Below are positions 52,547-64,000 of a stretch of DNA of 64,000 nt, one piece after another; within the stretch, counting starts at the first letter, position 1, and every line of letters begins with the position of its first letter. A program made the translations under genes and the position numbers. The notes beneath the pieces were generated by a model. It worked only from the letters and a program-made list of their open reading frames with translations, did no database searches and was not told the origin of the DNA. The DNA is from Chrysomallon squamiferum (taxonomy: Eukaryota; Animalia; Mollusca), in NCBI GenBank assembly GCA_012295275.1, contig CM022677.1, positions 11,594,001 to 11,658,000 on the forward strand. Direction: 5' to 3'.

Positions 52547-52777
52547 GAATTAGTAATTAATTAATTAATAAAGACATGCAGACAATGTGAAGAGTTACAG
52601 AATTTATTTTATCAGCTAAATGTAAAATCTGAGTAGAAAATGTCATAAATAAAATGTCCTCTATTTCTTTATGCTGCGATAGTTAATAAACAACAAATAT
52701 TTTTAGTTAGATGATCAGTGTATTTTAATTTTTTTTTTGAATTATTGTTGAATAAAAACACAACACTGCTGACTCAC

Positions 52778-53063
52778 AAAACTTTGAATGTTCTATTTTC
52801 TTAATGGCGTCCACCAGTGACTTGTTTATACAGAACTGAGCTGCCCATGTTTCCACTGGTTTCGTGCTGTCTGGAATGTGGACATTCTTCCTGCAGAACG
52901 GGCAGGTGATTTCTGTGTCGTTATTGTCGTAATTTGTGCTGATGTAATTCTGCAGGCATTTACAACAGAAAGAATGTCCGCAATTCAGACCTCTTGGTTT
53001 GTCAAAAATTTCCAAACAAAGAGAACACGAAATACTGTCATGCGAGTTTGAAGCTGTTGCCAT
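52778..53063 (-). CDS. TRIM-like RING-finger first coding exon
   Basis: MATASNSHDSISCSLCLEIFDKPRGLNCGHSFCCKCLQNYI...CPFCR...WAAQFCINKSL is a C3HC4 TRIM-type RING. ttcacag acceptor just upstream of the ATG and gtgagt donor at 52777; phase-1 splice to 52463 is in frame. Confidence 0.85.
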
Positions 53064-53169
53064 ATCTGTGAACAACAACAACAACAACAAAAATAATAAT
53101 AATAGCAAGAACATGGAAGAATGAGAGAAAGTTAGGAAAAGAAAATATACAGAAAGAAAATTATAACTA

Positions 53170-53189
<20 letters not shown>

Positions 53190-53216
<27 letters not shown>

Positions 53217-53457
53217 CAACAACAATAGCAAGAAAACCTTCACAGCTTTTTCATATCGTTATAAGTGAAACGAGCTGCACATGTTTGCTGGACAACAGAG
53301 AAAGATAATACACTTCTACAACCAGAACAGATCTTGTTTAAACTTGTATAGTTACATACAGGCGACTATCGATCTTTGTTATAAGATAAATGAATAACCA
53401 ATAGTAATGAAAAACAGAACACAATGATTAATAAACGTATGGTTTTAGTCACGTACA

Positions 53458-53537
<80 letters not shown>

Positions 53538-53819
53538 TTTTCCTCTCTATATTAGATAATAATAATAATAATAACAACAACAACAATAGCAAGAAAACCT
53601 TCACAGCTTTTTCATATCGTTATAAAGTGAAACGAGCTGCACATGTTTGCTGGACAACAGAGAAAGATAATACACTTCTACAACCAGAACAGATCTTGTT
53701 TAAACTTGTATAGTTACATACAGGCGACTATCGATCTTTGTTATAAGATAAATGAATAATCAATAGTAATGAAAAACAGAACACAATGATTAATAAACGT
53801 ATGGTTTTAGTCACGTACA

Positions 53820-53905
<86 letters not shown>

Positions 53906-53926
53906 TTTTCCTCTCTATATTAGATA
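53190..53926. repeat. Near-perfect ~370-bp tandem duplication upstream of the TRIM ATG
   Basis: aatagcaagaaaaccttcacagc...ttttcctctctatattagata occurs twice. An older diverged copy of ~53650-54340 lies at ~54590-55215. Confidence 0.9.
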
Positions 53927-54255
53927 CCTTTGTTTATAATTGATAACACACACATACACACACAACATGTTTTTTAAACTATTTAACTCAGTGTATTATA
54001 GTATATTTCATTAGCTGACAAATCTGAACATGTACTCTTTGTTTCCATGCCTGAATGAGAGGACAATTCTTAATTGTTTGACAATGTCAGGTTCATTCAG
54101 GTGCAAATCTTTTAAGTGTCACGTTTATTAAAAGTAATACAATTATCTGTAATAATGTTTTTTAAAAGTAATGCCTTATCAGAAATATGTACAGACTAGA
54201 AGTATAATGGTAACATTTATAAATTTAATAAAGGTTAATAACTGTAATTAATTTA

Positions 54256-54338
<83 letters not shown>

Positions 54339-55077
54339 TCGTTTGTTACAATGGTATTACATTTAATTAAGATTTTAATTTAATATTATTTTTAAAACTA
54401 TATATATATATGGTTTCTTAAATATAATATCAACGTGAATCTATGTATGAGAGCAGGAGAGGAAAGTAAAGGTCAAAATGACATAATGAAATCTTCGTTC
54501 AGGTATAAATGAGAATAGCGTCTCTGAGTAAAACAGTCGCAAATTTTTCATCTTGACATAAAGTGAAGCCCGCTTTACAAGTTTGTTGGAGAAGAGAGAA
54601 AGATAATAGACTTCTACACCCAAAATAGAGCTATAAACTTGTATGCAGCCGATTATCGATCTTTTTTTGTAAGATATGTAAATAATCAATAGCAATGAAA
54701 AACAGGACACAAAGCTAACGTATGCTTTTAGTCACGTACGCATAATAATAGTAACAGTAATATTGTTCCTCTATATATTGGATGCCTTTGTTTAGTATTG
54801 TTATCACATACACACACATACTTACACATATATATGGTTTTTAAACTAATTAATTCATTAGTTGACAAATCCAAACATACTATTTGTTTCCATGCATGAA
54901 TGAGAGAACAATTCTTAAGTGTTTGACAATGTCAGGTTCATTCAGATGGACACTAGAGAGATCTTTTAAATGTCACGTTTATTAAAAATAATACATGATC
55001 ACCAATATACCCAAACTAGAAGCATAATTGTATCATTTGAAAATATAATAAATTTTAATAACTGTAATTAATTTAAC

Positions 55078-55220
<143 letters not shown>

Positions 55221-56039
55221 ATATACCTACATGTATGTTTGTGTGTGTGTATGTCAAATCTGTTTATCTACAGCGTCGTCAATAAATTGTCAGAGAAGTG
55301 GACTGAATAATATGTTAGCACTATTTAATAATTTACAAAAATAAACGCAATTTTAACTCATATTGCCGATACAGATACGAGACCAGTTATCGATGTAGCT
55401 CGGGAACTAATTTCAGCATCTTCTCGTTTTCTGGACCAAAGCTTGATAATTATATACTTAAAATATAAAACTGTTATATGACGTTTGAGCGACTACATAC
55501 TAGGCGAAGTTATTTCAATGATTGGCAGGTTGAGTGATGTATCGTTAAGGCCTTTTTGTTTTCATGCTATAAATATGGAGAATTCTGAACTCGTGCTCAA
55601 TTTTCTAAATTAATTTATTTTAACTAATTTCTTCTAAAAGTTTCAACAATACTTCGCTTTAAATCGCTAATTCCCAAATACTAAAAGAATACAGTCGCTC
55701 AAACTGACAATCGCTGAGTATGAATCGCTCAAAATGTAGTCACTAAAGATATCGACACTTATAATAAACTAAACAATGAAAACTAAAAAAGATGACAGTA
55801 TTTAACGAGCAAGTAATACAATTTTATTTATCTGTAGGTGAATCATTGGTCTGGGTCCTGTCCTAAATTTTTAATATGTCTTTTTAATTCGTTCGGAATT
55901 GTTTTTAAAATAACGCTATAAACGCCATAATTCAGGGGCCACAGACACAGGAAAATATGTGTTATTACTTGATATACAAAATCGTCAGTCGTCAGTGCTA
56001 CTAGATTATCTAAAACCTAACACTTCATCTATGTGAAGA

Positions 56040-57335
56040 CTGCGATTAGTCATGGAAAAAAATCAGGGAATTTTGTAATTAAATATGTTTTTCACTAACA
56101 TTTAACATCGGAAAAACGAAAATAGACAATAATGGAAAATATTTATGCAGTAAACAGTAAAAAAAACAAAAAAAAAAACAACAAAAAAACGAAATTCTTA
56201 ATTTTTATAATGGCAACCACAAAGATTACAAGGAAGTGTTTTGTCTTGGAAAATCAAAACTTGATACTGTAGAAAGTTAGAAATATCTTTTCACAAATCG
56301 AAGAAACATGTTATATTCACAACAACATAAGACTAAGTATTTCATTCTACCACAAGCAATATGTCAGAATATTTGCAACCACTAAAATTATTTGACTGAC
56401 TGGTTTTACCAGTTCGATATGGTAGCGAAATTTTGGGATTTCAAAATGTGTCATTACTGGACAAATTATGTAAACACTTTATGAAATTGTTATGACCTGT
56501 AAGGAAATCTATTCCATTGTACTTATTAAAGGAGAACTTGGACGTTATCCAATTTATATTACTGTTAAAGTAATAATGATTTTTTTTTTTTACTGATATC
56601 GAATAATCACAGGCAAGCTGTCTGTTTACATTTCTAGTGTTACAGACTATTACTGAATGACGTTAACAATAACATTTTTAATCATAAATGAATATTACAT
56701 GTTAAATCTGTGCTCGATGATTTTGGTTGTACACATTATGTATTCACAGTCTAATTCTTGTGCTTCCCTATTAAAATCATGTATTAACACAAGGCTTATA
56801 GATCACTATTTAGAATACTGGTACTATATCTTGACCAAAGCTTCAAATGATAAACTATTTAAAAATGCTGTCACATTCACGACATATTTCAACCTTACAG
56901 AGAGAAAATACTGGTGCCCATTGTTAAGGTTCAGACTTTCAAATCGTAATCAGCCTACTGAAAAATAAACCATTAGAAAGAGAATATGTCCATTGTGTAA
57001 TAACTATGATATCGGAGATGAGTTGCATTATATATTTACATGTATGTTCTTGTTTTTAAGAATGAAAGGAACCGTTAACTCTCTCAATCTAAACCAAGCA
57101 TTTATAAGTTTTATAAAGATTTAACTCCATCAAATCTGGTGTCATTAGAAAACTTTCTATCTTCTGTAATCTAATTATGAAATTTTTAAAATCTGACATT
57201 TAATATACATTGATATATTGTATGTATTATATTATTACGTACATCATTGTACATCCACCATCTTGCCATACTTGTTGTAATTGTTACAGTTATATTAAAT
57301 TTTGTCTCTTCAGTGTAAATAAAGTTCAGTTCAGA
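56040..57335 (+). mobile_element. 5'-truncated, decayed non-LTR retrotransposon (CR1/L2-group LINE ORF2 3' end)
   Basis: NIGKTK, DTVES*KYL, KLFD*LVLPV-YGSEILGF, GELGRYPI, RFRLSNRNQPTE, RICPLCNNYDIGDELHYIFTC; ends aataaagttcagttcag (poly-A signal + short tandem tail). Confidence 0.85.
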
Positions 57336-57358
57336 TTTACTGCTCAGTGCTTGCATAA

Positions 57359-57701
57359 TGGTGTATCCTAATCGGGCGCGTTTGAGCTAGTCGAGCGCGC
57401 GACACAATACCGATAGGAATTGTTTCTATTTCTTGTCGCACTACACGAGCGACTGAAATATATTAACCAATCACAAACAAGATTATTTCCCCAATACAGG
57501 AAAATGGAAGATGAACAACTCATCCATCTCGTGCAGAAGTTACCAGTACTTTATGATTGTATCTTTGTAAACATACAAGGATAAGAACAGAACAAATAAA
57601 ATGCCTGGGTGAGGGGAAGGTAGCTTTACATTAAGATGATAGAACATTTTAGTTTTAAAAATGATACTGTCGCTACGATCGCGTCTGCTTAGGATACAAC
57701 T
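57359..57701 (+). mobile_element. Non-autonomous PIF/Harbinger-like element with MADF (Myb/SANT-like) fragment
   Basis: Imperfect TIRs ggtgtatcctaatcgggcgcg / cgcgtctgcttaggatacaac flanked by TAA and TTA. Internal MEDEQLIHLVQKLPVLYD...(fs)YKDKNR..NAW is a MADF N-terminus (57504-57608). Confidence 0.75.
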
Positions 57702-58296
57702 TTAGGGTACATCATAATGGAAACCCGAAATGTCGCCAAAATGGCGCCCGGTAAATTGCAGGAGTATCACAAAATCGTGATTTATCATCTTGCTTACCGC
57801 CAGTTTTCTGCATGTTGTAATTATATATATATACTATAAATTACTTAGAAAAAAAATGTTAACCGATTTCATGTACAATGGAATGTTTTATATATTTTGC
57901 CCGTCTGAATAATAAAAATATTAATCTCTTTTTGAAAAGAGAATTTCATTTTTCCTGTATCGATATATCGTATCGGGGTTCTTATATCGTAATACGAGTC
58001 TGTATCGTTACAGCTCTTGTGTATATGTGTGTGTGTGTGTGTGTTTGTGTGTGTGTGTATATATGTGTGTGTGTGTGTGTGTGTGTGATGTGCGTCCGCG
58101 TGCGCACTGAAGCAGATGGGCAAAGATGCAGAGAACTACGTAAAAATACATTAATGATTAACATATATACACCACTGTTTCTTCATTGACCCTCCGTTTT
58201 AAATATTTTATTTGTGAAATAAAATCTAGCTGTTTAGACTATTTTTTAAAACCAACCACAAGTTCCTCTCATAGTGTGTATGTGTATGTGTGTATT

Positions 58297-58329
<33 letters not shown>

Positions 58330-58589
58330 AAAATAATAATAAAATCAGTTTAGTAAACCGGAGCCAAAATAAATAAATTAGCGACATTATTACACTGCAG
58401 TACATTGTATAACTGTGCTGTCAACTTGAACTTACAGTGACCTCAAATGAATACCCATGACGTCGGTTACATATTTGTTTCTATTTAGTATTATTTTTTA
58501 ATCTTTCTTTCTTTCTTTTCTTTCTAATTATATTTGTTTCTATTGATTCTATCGCTTTTATCTCCTAGTTTTTTGTTGTTGTTTTGTTT

Positions 58590-58657
<68 letters not shown>

Positions 58658-59221
58658 AATGCAATTTTAATAAAATAAAATGGAGTTCTTACCAGGCTGG
58701 ATATTTTCTAACAAAGAGATGACAATGAGGCTGTGTTCCGTGGAAACCAGGTTTCAGTTCTATGAGAAAAACACACAAATACGTGGTCTAATATACCCGC
58801 TTGAAGAGAACTTTGACCATCTCGTGATGGAGATAAAACTCAGGTGAGGTATTTCAGTCACAATCCATGGCCTTATTTAGTAAACTGATAAGTGTTTACG
58901 TCAAATAAGAAAGATAACTAATCAAAAATACACAGTTATCTTCTGCCTTAAACATGAAATACAACATCCAGGTCACATTTTGTTTAAATAACGGGTGGGG
59001 AGTGGTATTTATATATTTACTTAGTACAGCCACTGTTACCTGCAATATAACAGCTACTACAACATGTTTGTAATATTCTCTCTGCTGTTAACTTGTATTA
59101 CATTTTACAAATAGAACAAACAACAACAGCTACTACTACAACTATTATTACTACTGTTACTATAAATACTAGTATTACTACAGTATTGTTGACATTATTG
59201 TTGCGTCAAGTGCTTTACAAC

Positions 59222-59725
59222 CACTACTAACTACTGTTACTATATTTGATAATATACTTCTAATTCTACCACTGCTACCACACTATCAGTACTTCTACTA
59301 TTATCTACTAGTGCTAGTATTAGTAATATTATCACTACTAACTATTGTTACTATATTTGATAATATACTTCTAATTCTACCACTGCTACCACACTATCAG
59401 TACTTCTACTATTATCTACTAGTGCTAGTATTAGTATTAGTTACTATTATACCACTACTATCAGTACTTCTCACTACTAACTACTGTTACTATATTTGAT
59501 AATATACTTCTAATTCTACCACTGCTACCACACTATCAGTACTTCTACTATTATCTACTAGTGCTAGTATTAGTACTATTATCACTACTAACTACTGTTA
59601 CTATATTTGATAACAGACTTCTAATTCTACCACTGCTACCACACTATCAGTACTTCTACTATTATCTACTAGTGCTAGTATTAGTACTATTATCACTACT
59701 AACTACTGTTACTATATTTGATAAT
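59222..59725. repeat. 111-bp minisatellite (~4.3 units)
   Basis: cactactaactactgttactatatttgataat at 59222, 59333, 59472, 59583 and 59694. Confidence 0.92.
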
Positions 59726-60302
59726 ACTACTTCTACTTCTAATTATCTATTAGTACTATTTCCACTAAAACTACCATTCTGTTACTATATTTGCTACTAC
59801 TACTACTGCTGCTGCTGCTGTTACTACTACTGCTATAACTATTTCTATAACAACTGCTATTAGTGTTACTGCTACTAATTATTGTCTTGTAAATTCAATT
59901 TTTCTTTGTTTAATATTAAGAATATCATTTGTTTAATCTATTTATATTTAGTTAGATATGTTCAATTCGTGTATAATTAATTTATTACTAAAACAGGTGC
60001 TAGCGATAACATGACCTACTTACTTGTTTTGTCAAGAGCAAAGTTTACTCGGTTATCTTAAATTATGAGATAGAGATACACTCAGTGCAAGTCAACTTTA
60101 CACACACACTGAAGCATTTTTCCTTTAGTGTGCTGAATAATGATAATGTTACATGTTTTAAATAAATAAATAAATAAAAGAGAACGCATGATTTCCTGAG
60201 AAAGCTGTGGAATTTTTTTTCTTAGCAGATTTCTTTCTTTCTTTCTTTCTTTATTTATTAATATTATGATTCTTAGTGTTATTATTTTAATTTAATTTTG
60301 TC

Positions 60303-60335
<33 letters not shown>

Positions 60336-60444
60336 TTAATATGGCATATTGCCCGTATTTTTCGTGTCTGTGGTCATATTGGCAAGTTTTAATTAATTTT
60401 ATTATTACTGCATTTGTAATGGATTTAAAAAATTTGAATTGTTA

Positions 60445-60490
<46 letters not shown>

Positions 60491-61129
60491 GTAATAGTAA
60501 TATAATTATTATTATTGTTATTAAAACATTATTATTATTGTTATAAACAACAGCGGCGTTTCTATGAATTAATAAGGGTACAGACTAAAACTGATAACAA
60601 ATATTTCTGTCTCCAACAATCTGCTGACCGCGTGACTGACACAGATAAAATACTTCTTAAAATAAATCTTCTGTTATCTTTGTTGTATTCAAGGTAATAC
60701 AGGGTACAGAGGAAAAACTTGGTTTAATCGCTGAATGCAATTTAAAATATTTAAAATAAAATTCAAGTAATAATAATAATAATAATAATAAAATAATAAT
60801 AATAATAATAATAATAACAACAACAACAATAACAATAATAATAATAATAAAACAAATAGAAATAGAAATACTACTACGACTAATACTACGACTACGACTT
60901 CTTTAACTACTACTATTACAACTGCTACTGGTGTTACTTCTTCCTCTGGTACAACTACCACTACTGCTACTATTAGCATTATTAATAGTACTAGTATTAC
61001 TACTACCAGTATTACGACTACTATTACTAGCACTACTACTACTACTACTCCTAACATTGCTACTGTTACAACTGCTATTGGTGTTACTTCTTCCACTGGT
61101 AATATTAATAATACCAATTCATTGACTAT

Positions 61130-62268
<1,139 letters not shown>

Positions 62269-62319
62269 AGATTTGTGTGTGTGTATGTTTGAATATTATA
62301 TATAGGTATCTGTATTTTG

Positions 62320-62386
<67 letters not shown>

Positions 62387-62474
62387 AGATTTGTGTGTGT
62401 GTTTGTGTATCTACATTCTTTGGTATACCAATTGTTAGCATTAAGCACTGGTCTTCGCTGAGATAAAATAACAG

Positions 62475-62517
<43 letters not shown>

Positions 62518-63579
62518 TTTTTAATTATTATTATTAATTATATTATTATTACTATTGTTACTGCTATTATTACTTTTATTATTATTATTTTTTTTTTTTT
62601 TTTTTTTTTAATCACCGAAGTATGATCACTATAATATTAAGTTGACGATAAAAAAAAACTTCACCTGTCAGTATTTGTTTCTGCAATATCTAATAATACT
62701 CATTCTAGTCAACTTTAAAAATCGTAAATTACTTTTGTCGTGACATTCTTTTTTACATTAACATAATTAACAATTTGCCGACAGAGGCCGCTCTTAAAAT
62801 GATGAACAATAAACTACATCTTTTATCTTATTTTAAATCCAGTAGAAAGGCAGTATATAATAATAAAGTTATTTGACTGAAATTGAAACTTAATAATAAT
62901 AAATAAATAAATATGACAAATCATGATGTGACATTCCCACTTTAAAAACAAACATGTAGATTATACAGGTTATATTTTCAGGAACAGACCGCCATTTAGC
63001 TATTTTACCGTAAAACAATGTCGCTATTTATAGCAAGAAAAAAAGAATTGTTTATAAATCTTAATAAGTCTTAAATCAAACCGTAAACCTACATTAGACT
63101 TTTTATTGTTAATGAATTAAACTGAGAGATAATTATTTTGAAAGGAGATGATGTCTTAGATTCTAACAATTTATCTCTCTCCCAGATGAATGGTTTTCAG
63201 GGTGTATATAAATATATTATCATTCAATCCAATAAAAGTATATTAATAAAAATAAATAAAGAATACCAAGACATTTGGTTAGAAAATAATTAAAAATTAC
63301 TAAACAACTTCACATATAATGTAATCTGTAAAGTAATCATTAAGAAAATATCTTCCAAACAACAGATCTTCTTCCATTTTATGTTTTATTAACAAACATT
63401 TTCACAAATCTTCACCAGTACTTTAATAAAACAAAATTCATAAAATTATATTAAAAGTATAATCTAAATATGATCAGATTTTTCTAATTTTACAGAATAA
63501 ATTGCTTCAAATTTGAAAATATAATTATGTTTTTAAAATATTCAAAAATTTATTTTTATATTATTGTATTTTGTAATGA

Positions 63580-63960
63580 GAAATTCTGCTTATTAACAAA
63601 TGTTCTCTGATCATTTTCAAATTTGTTCCCAGGCGGACAGGAACAACTGAATCCAGTGATTCTGGCAGTACAAGTATCAGCATACTTAGTAATACTGGCA
63701 TCAACTGATGCATACTCATCGATTCCATGTAAATAAAAGTCCATGACAGACAGCATGGTCTTTTATGGTTGTGTACTTAAGGCTTTGCACACATCCATGC
63801 GAGAAGTATTAATAACTTTTCAAACTTTTAAACACTCATATGAAATCATGTCAAATGTTTGGTTTGTAATTTTTAACCTGGTGTTATCAAAACACTCGGG
63901 TACGAGTCACAGAGACTTTGTTCAAGTTGTTGCACTGGTTTTTAGGGATGTTACAGATAT
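63580..63960 (-). pseudogene. LDL-receptor-family (LDLa + EGF + Ca-EGF) relic, intronless and decayed
   Basis: CNIPKNQCNN..(fs)LCDSYP(fs)ECFD (LDLa-like), ECLK...SHGC (EGF), IDEY...DTCTARITGFSCSCPPGNKFENDQRT (Ca-EGF); module order as in LDLR/LRP. Confidence 0.5.
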
Positions 63961-64000
63961 TGCTGAGTTAAATAATACTGAAGGGTTTGTTGTTAAAATG

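Noticed and set aside
58715-58850. Exon-like segment ending in cag|gtgagg
   Set aside because: Stops in all plus frames and no recognisable protein

Overview
AT-rich, microsatellite-laden eukaryotic (animal) DNA. The TRIM/NHL gene type, LINE type and repeat motifs suggest a mollusc, which is an inference. One 200-N gap lies at 29874-30073. About 1-47 kb is a repeatedly amplified and rearranged mosaic. It includes a ~17.7-kb imperfect palindrome (arms 1-5890 and 11065-17752) whose spacer holds a 71-bp satellite. A ~9.5-10.5-kb direct duplication (9315-18812 / 31187-41801) and further inverted, more diverged copies at 41.8-47 kb follow. The amplified unit carries a one-ended pogo/Tigger-like transposon remnant with a C-terminal PHD finger (4 copies plus an empty site), an ETS/YY1 promoter-like element and a small exon with a copy-number-variable 13-aa PMEVD repeat. 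Between the direct repeats (18.8-30 kb) is an island of decayed fragments of unrelated host genes. These are an intronless prolyl 4-hydroxylase alpha piece on + and a co-oriented minus-strand series: 32-aa repeats, Topors-like RING, EGFR kinase exon, ZZ finger and two Dishevelled DIX pieces. The right part holds a frameshifted B-box-less TRIM-like gene (RING, coiled coil, 24-aa repeats, NHL), a LINE 3' end, a Harbinger-like MITE with a MADF remnant, a 111-bp minisatellite and an LDL-receptor-family relic. All protein assignments come from manual motif recognition. No searches were run.
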